64,000 nucleotides of DNA from an uncultured Desulfobacterales bacterium. Its GTDB lineage: Bacteria > Desulfobacterota > DSM-4660 > Desulfatiglandales > HGW-15. Shown here piece by piece: positions 8,290-17,645 of this stretch. Each line of letters starts with the position of its first letter. Within the stretch, counting starts at the first letter, position 1. Made by a program: the position numbers and the translations under genes. The stretch is taken from NCBI GenBank assembly GCA_964647905.1, contig CAZYJR010000008.1, positions 47,823 through 111,822 on the forward strand, in the 5' to 3' direction. The notes under the pieces are model-generated. The model was not told the origin of the DNA and did no database searches. It worked only from the letters and a program-made list of their open reading frames with translations.

Positions 8290-9972
8290 ATGAAGGCGCT
8301 TCTTATTTATCCTTATTTCCTGGACCAGAGGCTCGACCAGGAAGACATTGACGTCATCCCCCAGGGCCTCTATTACGTGGCGGCGGTCCTCCGCTCGGCC
8401 GGAATGGAGGTGGGAGTGGCTGATCTCCACGGGTTTCGGGATAGGCCCGACGAGATCGGAAACATGATCGCGGCGGCCGATCCGGACCTGATCGGCGTTT
8501 CGGTCCTGCATGCCAACCGCTGGGGCGCAATCGACATAGCCGGGATAGCCAAAGCCGCCCGGCCCGAGACTCCGGTCGTATTCGGCGGGGTGGGGGCCAC
8601 GTTCCTCTGGGAGCTCCTCCTCGGCCGGTTTGCGGAGATCGACTACGTGGTCCTGGGCGAAGGGGAGTACACCTTCCTTGAGCTCGCCCGGACCCTGGAA
8701 GCCGGGGGCCCGGCGGGCGCAGCAAGCATATCAGGGCTGGCCTTTCGCCGGGGCGGACGTCCTATCAAGACCGGCCGGCGGGAGCCCATCCCCGATCTAG
8801 ACGCCCTGCCCCACCCGGCCCGGTTCTTTACGTACCGGCATCTGCTCCTCTCCCGCGGCTGCCCCGGGCGGTGCACCTTCTGCGGCTCCCCGGGGTTCTG
8901 GCCGGGGCCCGTGAGGTCCCACTCGGCCGGCTACTTCCTGGAAGAGCTGGAGATGCTCTCAGCGAGAGGGGTGGGGCACTTCTTCGTCTCGGACGACACC
9001 TTCACCCTGGATCCGTCCAAGGTGGTGGAGATCTGCCGGGGCATAATCGATCGGAGGCTCTGGATCACCTGGCAGGCCATATGCCGAGTGGACCAGGTGG
9101 ACAAGGAGCTCCTGTACTGGATGAGGAAGGCCGGCTGCATCCAGATAAGCTACGGGGTGGAGAGCGGGTCCCCAGCGATACGAAAGCGCCTGGGAAAACC
9201 CTTGCGGGAAGATGACATCCGCAGGGCCTTCTCCCTCACCACCAGGTTCGGGATCCTGCCGAGGGCCTATTTCATCTACGGTTCACCGGGCGAGACCCGG
9301 GAGACCATCCAGGCGACCCTGGATCTTATGACCGAGATAAGGCCCCTGGCAGCCATCTTCTATGTTCTGACCCTATTCCCGGGCACGGCCCTGGCGGACC
9401 GGTTCCTGCGGAGGACCGGGCGGTCAAAGGAGGTCTGGCTGGAACGATCGGAAGACATTCCCTATTGCGAGACCGATCCGCAGCTCACCAGGGAGCAGGT
9501 CCTGGAGTTCGGCCGCTTGTTGAGGGAGGGGTTTTACCGGATGCTGCCGCGGGCGGCTGACGCCGTAGAGCTCGAGGAGCGGGAGGATCTTCGCCCGTCC
9601 CATGCGGATTTCCTCTCCCGCCTCGGAATGACCTTCCACCGGGGGGACTACGCCCGGCTGGAGGCCGTGCCCGAAAAGGCGGCCCTGGCCCGGGGGCTCT
9701 ACTCCAGGGCCCTGGACTTCCACCCCGATCCCAGGGCCTTCCTGGGCCTGGCTATGCTGGATCAGCAGTCCGGCGAGGCGGCCTCGGCCGAGAAGACCCT
9801 CCGGAGGGGCCTGGAGCGATTCCCGGAAGACGCGCCCCTTGCGCTATGCCTGGGCGTCCTCCTGATGAACCAGGGGCGTTTCCAAGAGGCCTTGGATCTG
9901 CTGGGCCGCTTCCCGGACAACTCGGACATCCGCCCGTACCTGGACGAATGCCGGCGTATGCTCGGGAGATAA
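8290..9972 (+). CDS. B12-binding-domain radical SAM protein with C-terminal TPR-like repeats
   Basis: N-terminal cobalamin-binding-like fold (KALLIYPY...GLYYVAAVL). Radical SAM triad CPGRCTFC. C-terminal helical repeats (ALDFHPDPRAFLGLAML...). Confidence 0.8.
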   Translation: MKALLIYPYFLDQRLDQEDIDVIPQGLYYVAAVLRSAGMEVGVADLHGFRDRPDEIGNMIAAADPDLIGVSVLHANRWGAIDIAGIAKAARPETPVVFGGVGATFLWELLLGRFAEIDYVVLGEGEYTFLELARTLEAGGPAGAASISGLAFRRGGRPIKTGRREPIPDLDALPHPARFFTYRHLLLSRGCPGRCTFCGSPGFWPGPVRSHSAGYFLEELEMLSARGVGHFFVSDDTFTLDPSKVVEICRGIIDRRLWITWQAICRVDQVDKELLYWMRKAGCIQISYGVESGSPAIRKRLGKPLREDDIRRAFSLTTRFGILPRAYFIYGSPGETRETIQATLDLMTEIRPLAAIFYVLTLFPGTALADRFLRRTGRSKEVWLERSEDIPYCETDPQLTREQVLEFGRLLREGFYRMLPRAADAVELEEREDLRPSHADFLSRLGMTFHRGDYARLEAVPEKAALARGLYSRALDFHPDPRAFLGLAMLDQQSGEAASAEKTLRRGLERFPEDAPLALCLGVLLMNQGRFQEALDLLGRFPDNSDIRPYLDECRRMLGR

Positions 9973-10123
9973 AGGAGAGCTTGCTCATGCATGCGGGCCA
10001 GGAAAGAGTAGGCGGCGAGGTGCTGAAATCGCTTGAACATGGGCCGAGTCTGCCCCATTATGCGGTCTTCGCATCGGCGGCGTTCACTGCAGTCGCATCC
10101 GGTGCATTGAGGGGCTCTTACAC

Positions 10124-10825
10124 ATGCTGTTGGGCACGATCGTCAACACTCTGGCCATCATCGCAGGCGGACTCATAGGTCTCTTCTTCAGCCGTTTCAT
10201 CCCGGAGAGGCATTCCGGAACGGTAATTCAGGCGGTGGCCCTTGCCATCATCATGATGGGAATCAAGATGGCCTGGGGGACGGAAGACGTCATCCTGGTC
10301 ATCTGCAGCTTGGCCCTTGGAGGGGCCCTGGGTGCGGTGATCGGGGTCGAGGATCGGCTGGAGGGCCTGGGGAACAAGCTCCAACAGCGCTTCAGCGGAT
10401 CGGGGGAAGGAATATCCAAGGCCTTCGTGTTCACCAGCCTCCTCTACTGCGTTGGATCCCTGGCCATCGTAGGGTCTCTGGAGAGCGGACTCGAGGGGAA
10501 GCATGAAATACTCTTCGCCAAGTCCGTGTTGGACGGCCTGGGATCAGTCCTCTTCGCCGCGACCATGGGTGTAGGCGTCCTTTTCTCCTCGATTCCTGTC
10601 TTTCTCTACCAGGGTGGCATAGTCGTTACAGCGTCCTTCGGCAAACAGCTCCTGACCCCGGAGGTGATCGCTCAGATGTCCGCTGTGGGCGGGCTGCTCA
10701 TCATGGGCATGGGGCTCAACATGCTCGGTGCCACCAAGATCAAGGTGGGGGATATTCTTCCCGCCATATTCGTCCCCCTCCTGTACCACCTGTCCAGGGA
10801 TCTGATAACGCTTTTCTTTTCCTGA
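10124..10825 (+). CDS. DUF554-family integral membrane protein
   Basis: 233 aa. N-terminus MLLGTIVNTLAIIAGGLIGL and Gly-rich TM segments are typical of YdfK/YqgA-like DUF554. Confidence 0.7.
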   Translation: MLLGTIVNTLAIIAGGLIGLFFSRFIPERHSGTVIQAVALAIIMMGIKMAWGTEDVILVICSLALGGALGAVIGVEDRLEGLGNKLQQRFSGSGEGISKAFVFTSLLYCVGSLAIVGSLESGLEGKHEILFAKSVLDGLGSVLFAATMGVGVLFSSIPVFLYQGGIVVTASFGKQLLTPEVIAQMSAVGGLLIMGMGLNMLGATKIKVGDILPAIFVPLLYHLSRDLITLFFS

Positions 10826-10882
10826 TCTTTACCGTCCTCCGGACACCGGTCATACCCGTCTCTCCATCAAACTCCCCCGATC

Positions 10883-10896
10883 TTGACTTAGGTCAA
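10883..10896. promoter_or_regulatory. CRP/FNR-type palindrome TTGACTTAGGTCAA (copy 1 of 5)
   Basis: Exact 14-mer, intergenic, upstream of the xdhC remnant and fmdE paralog. Confidence 0.6.
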
Positions 10897-10900
10897 AGAC

Positions 10901-11098
10901 ATGGAGCGACGGCTCCTTAAGATGGAACCAGAGGACAGGACGATTCCTGCACAGGGGCCCGGGCGGGGAAGCGCTGCACCCATCGGCCTGGATATCGGTG
11001 CCGACACGCCCGGCGAGACGGCAGTGGCCATAGCGGCTGAATTGATCCAGGCACGCCGCAGACCCCTTTCTCCCGAAACGGAGAGGATAGGAGGGTGA
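10901..11098 (+). pseudogene. C-terminal remnant of an XdhC/CoxI-family Mo-cofactor insertion protein
   Basis: Only 65 codons. APIGLDIGADTPGETAVAIAAELIQ matches the conserved XdhC C-terminal block. The N-terminal roughly 200 aa are missing. Confidence 0.5.
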
Positions 11099-11100
11099 TC

Positions 11101-11748
11101 ATGGAAAGAACCGCCCGGCGCCTAGCCGGCGCCCCCCTGGCGGGGACAATCGGGGAATACACGTTCGCCCGGTTCAAGAAAAAGGTGGAGGCCTTTCACG
11201 GCGCGCCCGCCCCGGGGATTCTCATCGGAGGCTACATGGTGGTGCTGGCGAGATCCATGCTTCCGCCGGGGACGCTGTTCGAGGCGCTGGTCGAAACATC
11301 CAAGTGCCTGCCCGACGCGGTGCAGCTGCTGACCCCGTGCAGCACCGGGAATCGCCGCATGAAGGTCGTAGACCTCGGACGCTACGCCCTGACTCTCTAC
11401 GATAAGGTCAATGGAAAAGGCAGGCGCGTATCCATCGATCTTCAACTGCTGGCCGACTGGCCGGAGATTCGTGATTGGTTCATGAAGCTCAGGCCTAAAA
11501 GGGAGCAGGACACCGATCGATTGCTCATGGAGATCGAACAGGCCGGCGAAGCATTCCTGGCCTGCGAGCCCGTTCAGATCAAAGAACCGTGGCTTCAAAA
11601 AGAGTCTATAGGAGAGATCGGAATCTGCCCTATGTGCCGGGAGGCCTACCCCAAGAACCACGGACCTTGCTGCCGCGGCTGCAACGGCGGCGCCCCCTTT
11701 CGTCCCCTGGAATCCGGAGGCAAAGGGACCTTGTCAATCGCCTCATGA
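11101..11748 (+). CDS. FmdE/FwdE-family protein with C-terminal zinc ribbon (paralog of 5317-6009)
   Basis: ATG 5 nt after GGAGGG. FHGAPAPGILIGGYMV motif; C-terminal CPMCRE...CCRGC. Confidence 0.7.
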   Translation: MERTARRLAGAPLAGTIGEYTFARFKKKVEAFHGAPAPGILIGGYMVVLARSMLPPGTLFEALVETSKCLPDAVQLLTPCSTGNRRMKVVDLGRYALTLYDKVNGKGRRVSIDLQLLADWPEIRDWFMKLRPKREQDTDRLLMEIEQAGEAFLACEPVQIKEPWLQKESIGEIGICPMCREAYPKNHGPCCRGCNGGAPFRPLESGGKGTLSIAS

Positions 11749-11939
11749 CTCCCTTCCTTGCTCCATGGCCGAGCACTCGAGGGTCTTACTGGGAGCTTTT
11801 CAGGCCGATCGGACATGTCAGGCCTTTTATCAACCATTTCAGCCTGTTTTAGCATAGCAACAATCGCTGACCCCCCGTTGACGCAAATAGACCCGCTCGA
11901 GTTTTTTTTCGAGCCTATGTCTCTCGAAACCTCATTTCC

Positions 11940-11953
11940 TTGACTTAAGTCAA
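11940..11953. promoter_or_regulatory. CRP/FNR-type palindrome TTGACTTAAGTCAA (copy 2 of 5)
   Basis: Perfect 14-bp palindrome 76 nt upstream of the CBS-gene ATG. A TGnGCTAT -10-like element lies about 30 nt downstream of its centre (class II geometry). Confidence 0.6.
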
Positions 11954-12028
11954 AGCCCGGCCTCCTTGCTTGTGCTATGCGTGAGCCATCATCCGGCGTA
12001 TCCGGCGGATGCAAACAGGAGCAAAGCT

Positions 12029-12646
12029 ATGCCGGAGGACAGAGAGACATACAGTCAAGGCATTCCCCGGTCGATCGACCTCTCCGAGGAGGATGTCTAC
12101 GACGCCATGAAGGAGCTCTCGGGATACCTGGACATCACTCCGGGAGACTTCAGAGACGTTTACAGGCACGCATACCGCCACGCCGTGGAGCGGATCACCC
12201 GTACGATAAAGGCCCGCCACGTCATGACCAGAGAGGTGGTATTCGTCCACCCTGAGGCTACGGCTGGGGAGGTCGCCCTCTTGATGGCCCGCCACGGCAT
12301 CTCGGGACTCCCGGTGCTCGACCAGGCCGGCCGCGTAAAGGGGGTGATCTCGGAGAAGGACTTCCTCAGCCATATGGCGGCGGGGGCGAACCTGACATTT
12401 ATGGAGGTGGTGGCGGAGTGCTTGGAGGCCAAGCGATGCGCGGCCAGTCCGGTTCGGACCAAGACCGCCGCAGAGATCATGACCTCGCCTGCGATAACGG
12501 TGGGCGAGGATACCCCGATCATGGACATAGCCGACCTGCTGGTGGAGAGCAATATCAACAGGGTGCCGGTAGTGGATCAGGACGGCGGACTGAAGGGCAT
12601 CGTCTCCAGGGAGGACTTGGTCAAGTCGATTACGTTCCAGGGATAA
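12029..12646 (+). CDS. CBS-pair domain protein
   Basis: ATG 7 nt after AGGAG. Two CBS repeats (VMTREVVFV...GISGLPVLD; IMTSPAITV...NINRVPVVD). Confidence 0.8.
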   Translation: MPEDRETYSQGIPRSIDLSEEDVYDAMKELSGYLDITPGDFRDVYRHAYRHAVERITRTIKARHVMTREVVFVHPEATAGEVALLMARHGISGLPVLDQAGRVKGVISEKDFLSHMAAGANLTFMEVVAECLEAKRCAASPVRTKTAAEIMTSPAITVGEDTPIMDIADLLVESNINRVPVVDQDGGLKGIVSREDLVKSITFQG

Positions 12647-12650
12647 CAAA

Positions 12651-13187
12651 ATGGAATTCACAAGGAAAATGAAGGGGAGCACCAAGAGCCCGCCTCCGGT
12701 AAGGGCCAAGGAGATTCTCTGGTCCTGGATCGGGTCCTTCTTGGGAATTGCGGCGGTGGGGTATATAAATGACCCCCTTCTTTCACAAACCGACCTGGTG
12801 ATGATCATCGGATCCTTCGGAGCGTCCGCGGTCCTCATATACGGGGCGGTCAAGAGCCCCCTGGCCCAGCCCAGGAATCTCCTGGGCGGCCATGTCATCT
12901 CCGCGTTCATCGGCGTCATGAGCTATCAGATCTTTCAAGGCAATATCTGGCTTGCCGGCGCGTTTGCCGTGGCCACGGCCATTGCGGCCATGCACGCGAC
13001 CAAGACGCTTCACCCTCCGGGCGGTGCCAGCGCCCTTATAGCCGTAATCGGGGGCAGGGAGATCCAAGACCTGGGCTACCTGTATGTTGTCGTCCCGGTA
13101 GGGTTGGGGGCCGCTGTGATGCTGGTGGTGGCCCTGGTGGTCAACAACCTGCCGAAAGACAGGAGGTATCCTGAATTCTGGTGGTAA
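12651..13187 (+). CDS. HPP-family membrane protein
   Basis: 178 aa and hydrophobic. Contains the eponymous LHPPGGASALIAV motif. Confidence 0.8.
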   Translation: MEFTRKMKGSTKSPPPVRAKEILWSWIGSFLGIAAVGYINDPLLSQTDLVMIIGSFGASAVLIYGAVKSPLAQPRNLLGGHVISAFIGVMSYQIFQGNIWLAGAFAVATAIAAMHATKTLHPPGGASALIAVIGGREIQDLGYLYVVVPVGLGAAVMLVVALVVNNLPKDRRYPEFWW

Positions 13188-13206
13188 TCATGGAATAGGA
13201 GGAGCC

Positions 13207-15741
13207 ATGGAACTCAGAAGACGAACCCTCTTGAAGCTGGGAGTCGTGTCCTGGGCCGCGGCATCGCTCGATATGAAGTTCTTCAGCTACCTGGGCGAAG
13301 CCGCTATACCGAAGAACGAGGACAGGGTAGTTCGTTCAACCTGCTCCCCCAACTGCACCGGGGCCTGCGGTTTCAACGCCCATGTGACCGACGGCAGAAT
13401 AACCACCCTTATCCAAAGCGCCGACTATCCTGAAGAAGGGTACAACCCCAGGGGATGCCTCCGCGGGCTCTCCATGATGAACCTGATATACGGAAAAGAC
13501 CGGATCAAATACCCGCTCATCCGCACGGGGCCGCGGGGAAGCGGCCTTTTCCGCAAGGCGACCTGGGACGAGGCCCTCGACTACGCAGCCGAAAAACTCA
13601 AGGGCGTAATGGAAAAATACGGGCCCGAGGCCGTCGGTCTGACGGTCCAGGTGCCGGGGACGGGCTATGTACACAAGGGGGCCTTTGTGAGGCTGGCCGG
13701 GCTGGCCGAATGGTCCATCCACCACGGCTATGATCAAAACGGGGATCTGCCCATGTTCTGGCCCATGACCTTCGGGGTACAGACCGAGGAGCTGGAATCC
13801 CTGGAATGGCCAAACGCCCGCTACACAATGGTTTGGGGCTCCAATATAATTCAGACCCGCCTCCCGGACGCCCACAATCTAATAAAGGCCAAGGAGAACG
13901 GCAAACTCGTGGTAATGGACCCCGACTTCTGCTCCACAGCGGCAAAGGCGGATGAATGGGTGCCGGTGAAGCCTGATACCGATGCGGCCCTGGCCATGGG
14001 GATGGCCAAGGTGATGATCGACAGGCGGCTCTTCGATGGTGACCTTCTCCGAGATTTCACGGACATGCCCATCCTGGTCAGGAAAGACACGGGAAAACGC
14101 CTCCTGGGCCGGGACGTAAAGGAGCTGGCCGGCGCGGCGGCCCGCCGGGACATACCCGACTACCGGGATCTATTCGTTGTCAGGAAGGGGGAAGGCCTTG
14201 CCCTTCTGGATCCCGAGGACCTGAAACCCTCGGGAGCGGAGCTGGAATGGGAGGGGGTCGTGGAGCTCGCCGGAGGGGGCAAGGTGGAGGCGACGACGAT
14301 CTTCAATCTGCTCAAGGAGCGACTGGAGGGCTTCTCTGTGGAGAGGGTCTCGGGGATAACCGAGGTCCCGGCCGAGCAGATACAAAGGATAGCCGTGGAG
14401 GCGGCGGAGAACACACCGCTCCACGTGATTTACGGGGCCAGCAATTATCAATGGTACAACGGTGACCTGAAAGGCCGGGCCATCTCTCTGCTTCCGGTCC
14501 TTACCGGGAGCATCGGGAAGAGCGGCGGCGGGTTGTCCACGTATGCCGGGCAGTACAGGATCCGGTTCGACCTCGGGGACTGGTGGTTTCCCCCGGAGGG
14601 CAGGCTCAACTGGGTCCCTTACCTCTACTTCCTCCAGGGCGGGGGGAAACGCTATCCCGAAAACGGCATAAAGGCCATGGTCGGCGGGTGGGGAAACCCC
14701 TTCGACCAGCACAACATGGCCAACCGCCTGAAGGAACGCGCCTCCTCCGGGGACATCCAATTCATACTGACGTTCGATTTCTCCATGACCACCTCGTGCA
14801 TGTGGTCCGATGTGGTCCTCCCGGCCACCACCTGGTACGAGAACTATGAGCTGACCGCCACCATCCTCCACCCGTATCTGCAGCTCCAGCAGCCCGCGAT
14901 AAGGCCCCTTTTCCAGAGCCGCACCGGGCTGTGGGTCGCAAGGGAGCTGGCCAAGAGGCTCGATCCGGGGTTTGAGAAGTACTTCTTCCCGGAGCTGGAC
15001 GAGGAGCGCGCCTCCCTTCGGGTGATCGATCTGCTGCTCGAGACAGGCGGTCCGGAGACGGCCGGGATAACATCGGATATGCTCAGGAAGGGGCCGATCC
15101 GCCTTCATTCCACGGCCCCGGAGGACAGGCAGATCCCGTTCTACGAGCAGGTGAATAAGAGGGTCCCGTTCCCGCCAAGGAGCTATCCCCCGCCCCTGGA
15201 GGCGACGGCGAGGTTCGTGAGGAGCGGCAGGATCGAGTTTTACAAGGACGAGGACCTGTTCCTCGAGACCGATGAGCAGCTTCCCACCCACAAGGATACA
15301 TTCGAGGAGACGGAGTACAGAGTAAACCCTGACGCCCGCTGGAGGTACAAGCTTCGCTTTGTGACCAAGAACTCCCTCTACAGGGTGCATTCCACTCATT
15401 CCAACAACGTGTGGATGAACGAACTTCAGGGCAACAGGCCCAAGGTGTTTCTGAACCCTGAAGACGCCCGCGAGAGGGCCATAGAGAACGGAAATCTCGT
15501 GGAGGTCTACAACGACAGGGGCAGGACCCGGGCATACGTGGTGATTGATCCGGGATGCCGCAAGGGAACGATCATATTCGACCAAGGCTGGTGGGCCAAG
15601 TACCTGAAGAATGAGTCCTACAACTCCCTGACCATGCCTTGGATCAAACCCCATCACGAAATCTACTTCGTACCCGGGATCTGGTCCCCCACCACGGTGT
15701 GGAACGAATGCCTGGTGGACGCAAGGAGGGTCGAAGAATGA
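13207..15741 (+). CDS. Tat-exported type II DMSO-reductase-family (NarG/EbdA/SerA-like) molybdopterin catalytic subunit
   Basis: SD AGGAGG. Tat signal RRRTLLKLGVVSWAAA. FS0 motif C-x3-C-x3-C (CSPNCTGAC). YDQNGDLPMFWPMTFGVQTEE...WGSNIIQTRLPDAH aligns to E. coli NarG [20 protein letters not shown]...WGSNVPQTRTPDAH, including the Asp Mo ligand. Confidence 0.85.
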   Translation: MELRRRTLLKLGVVSWAAASLDMKFFSYLGEAAIPKNEDRVVRSTCSPNCTGACGFNAHVTDGRITTLIQSADYPEEGYNPRGCLRGLSMMNLIYGKDRIKYPLIRTGPRGSGLFRKATWDEALDYAAEKLKGVMEKYGPEAVGLTVQVPGTGYVHKGAFVRLAGLAEWSIHHGYDQNGDLPMFWPMTFGVQTEELESLEWPNARYTMVWGSNIIQTRLPDAHNLIKAKENGKLVVMDPDFCSTAAKADEWVPVKPDTDAALAMGMAKVMIDRRLFDGDLLRDFTDMPILVRKDTGKRLLGRDVKELAGAAARRDIPDYRDLFVVRKGEGLALLDPEDLKPSGAELEWEGVVELAGGGKVEATTIFNLLKERLEGFSVERVSGITEVPAEQIQRIAVEAAENTPLHVIYGASNYQWYNGDLKGRAISLLPVLTGSIGKSGGGLSTYAGQYRIRFDLGDWWFPPEGRLNWVPYLYFLQGGGKRYPENGIKAMVGGWGNPFDQHNMANRLKERASSGDIQFILTFDFSMTTSCMWSDVVLPATTWYENYELTATILHPYLQLQQPAIRPLFQSRTGLWVARELAKRLDPGFEKYFFPELDEERASLRVIDLLLETGGPETAGITSDMLRKGPIRLHSTAPEDRQIPFYEQVNKRVPFPPRSYPPPLEATARFVRSGRIEFYKDEDLFLETDEQLPTHKDTFEETEYRVNPDARWRYKLRFVTKNSLYRVHSTHSNNVWMNELQGNRPKVFLNPEDARERAIENGNLVEVYNDRGRTRAYVVIDPGCRKGTIIFDQGWWAKYLKNESYNSLTMPWIKPHHEIYFVPGIWSPTTVWNECLVDARRVEE

Positions 15742-16412
15742 GAAGAGGCATGGTCATCGATCTCGAGAGCTGTATAGGGTGCCGTTCATGCGCGGTTGCG
15801 TGCAAGGAGCACAATGCCCAGCCGCCCGGGAACTGGTGGAACAGGGTCATGTCCCCCGGGAGCCACCGCCATCTCACGCCGCCGGAAAAAGGACGGATGT
15901 ACTTTCTCCCTGTCCACTGCCAGCACTGCGAGAACGCCCCCTGTGAAAAGGTCTGCCCGGTGGACGCCACCTACCGCTCGGACCAGGGGGAGATCCTGGT
16001 GGACTTCGAGCGGTGCATCGGGTGCCGCTACTGCATGGCCGCCTGCCCTTACGGCGTCCGGCAGTTCAATTGGGAAGAGCCGAAAAAGGCCGTCCGCAAG
16101 TACGAGTATCAAAACGGCTACGTCTACGGACACCCCCGGGAATACCGCCTGAAAGGGCGGCTCGTCTATATGCCTTTCCGATTCAAAGGGGTGGTCGAAA
16201 AGTGCAACTGCTGTGTTCATTACAAGGATCAAGGGCTGGAGCCCGCCTGCGTGCGGGGGTGCCCAGGAAATGCGCGGCACGTGGGCGACCTGGACGATCC
16301 GGAAAGCGAGGTGTCCAGAATGATCCGGGATAAGAACGGTTTCAACCTCTTGCCGGAGAAGGGGACGAGACCCAATGTGTTCTATCTCCCCCCGAGAAGG
16401 AAGGAGGTCTAG
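15738..16412 (+). CDS. 4Fe-4S ferredoxin-type beta subunit (short, DmsB/PsrB-like)
   Basis: In-frame ATG at 15738 overlaps the alpha stop (ATGA). Four Cys clusters (CIGCRSCAVAC, CQHCENAPCEKVCP, CIGCRYCMAACP, CNCCVH...CVRGCP). Confidence 0.85.
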   Translation: MRRGMVIDLESCIGCRSCAVACKEHNAQPPGNWWNRVMSPGSHRHLTPPEKGRMYFLPVHCQHCENAPCEKVCPVDATYRSDQGEILVDFERCIGCRYCMAACPYGVRQFNWEEPKKAVRKYEYQNGYVYGHPREYRLKGRLVYMPFRFKGVVEKCNCCVHYKDQGLEPACVRGCPGNARHVGDLDDPESEVSRMIRDKNGFNLLPEKGTRPNVFYLPPRRKEV

Positions 16413-16415
16413 GGC

Positions 16416-17645
16416 ATGAGAAGCATCAAGAATTGGGCGATTCTGGCAAGCGGCCTCCTAATAGTGGTAGGGGCCATGGCCTGGATTTATCAATACAGAG
16501 AAGGACTGATGGTAACCAACATGAGGAACTCTTACTCATGGGGACTTTATGTCTCGGGGCTCGCCTTCTTTGTGGGCAACGCCGCCGGAGGGCTGGTGCT
16601 CACCTCACTGATTTACGTCTTCGGCCTGACTCACCTCAAGCCCTTTGCAAAGATAGGCGCTCTTACCGCCTTTGCCAATGTCACCGCGGCCATGCTCTCC
16701 ATACTCCCGGACATAGGACAACCGATCCGCCTCTACAATTTGCTGCTGCACCCTCAGCTCGCATCCCCCTTGATCTGGGACATCGTCATCCTGAATCTCT
16801 ACGCGGTGCTCTCCCTGCTCTACCTCTACCTCCTGATCCTCCCGGATCTCAAGGGGCGGCTCGGGAGGCTGGCCTTGAAAGTGGATGACCCTGCGGCGTT
16901 CTCCGAGAAATGGGTCAAGCGCCTGGCCCCGTTTTCTCTGGTGGCCGCGGTGGGAATCCACGTGATAACGGCCTGGATCTTCGCCACCCAGGGGGCCAGG
17001 GACTGGTGGAACTCGGCCGCGCTCGCCCCGGATTTCCTTGCGGCTGCCCTGGCCTCCGGGACCGCGGTGGTCCTGCTTGTTTCCCTGTTTGCTTACGGCG
17101 TCAAAGAAAAACATGCCCGCGCATATCGCACTATGGGTATTTTTATATCCGTTTCTTTGTTTATACATTTCTTCCTGATGTATAATGATTTTTTCATACA
17201 TGCCTGGTATGGCGCGTCTGAGGCCTTGTCCACCCTGTCCGTCACCCTGAAGGATTACGGAGCGGCCCACGCCTTTGAAACGGCCGCCCCGCTCTTGGCC
17301 GTTCTTCTATTTCTCTCCGCGAAGACCAGGCAGCGTGCGTGGGCCCTGGCCTCCGGCTGCCTGCTGGTGCTCTCGGGCGTCTTTGTCCATCGCTTCCTGC
17401 TGATGCCCGCCGCCTTCGACAGAATACCGCTCTCCTTTGAGCCGCTGGGGCTCCAGCACACTGACTGGGCGATGCCCATAGCCTCGGGGCGGTATGGCGA
17501 GGGGCTGGATGTCTTTGTCACCAAGTGGCATTACTTCCCGAGCGCAATAGAGTGGGCGGTGTTCCTCGGGGTCCTTGCCTACGTGAGCATCCTCCTCCTC
17601 ATCGCCGTCGACCGACTTCCGATTCTGAGCAGGGAGGGATCATGA
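16416..17645 (+). CDS. NrfD/PsrC-type membrane anchor subunit
   Basis: 409 aa, polytopic, SD AGGAGG. Same architecture as 3445-4590. Confidence 0.8.
   Translation: MRSIKNWAILASGLLIVVGAMAWIYQYREGLMVTNMRNSYSWGLYVSGLAFFVGNAAGGLVLTSLIYVFGLTHLKPFAKIGALTAFANVTAAMLSILPDIGQPIRLYNLLLHPQLASPLIWDIVILNLYAVLSLLYLYLLILPDLKGRLGRLALKVDDPAAFSEKWVKRLAPFSLVAAVGIHVITAWIFATQGARDWWNSAALAPDFLAAALASGTAVVLLVSLFAYGVKEKHARAYRTMGIFISVSLFIHFFLMYNDFFIHAWYGASEALSTLSVTLKDYGAAHAFETAAPLLAVLLFLSAKTRQRAWALASGCLLVLSGVFVHRFLLMPAAFDRIPLSFEPLGLQHTDWAMPIASGRYGEGLDVFVTKWHYFPSAIEWAVFLGVLAYVSILLLIAVDRLPILSREGS

Noticed and set aside
14170-15657. 495-aa ORF antisense to the NarG-type alpha subunit. Similar long shadow ORFs occur at 1389-2312, 11975-12919, 25927-26823, 34245-35573, 46200-47222, 53572-55311 and 62731-63663.
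   Set aside because: All lie opposite genes with strong family signatures. Their translations are Arg/Gly/Pro-rich and low-complexity with no recognisable motifs. This is the usual stop-codon-poor antisense frame of GC-rich DNA.
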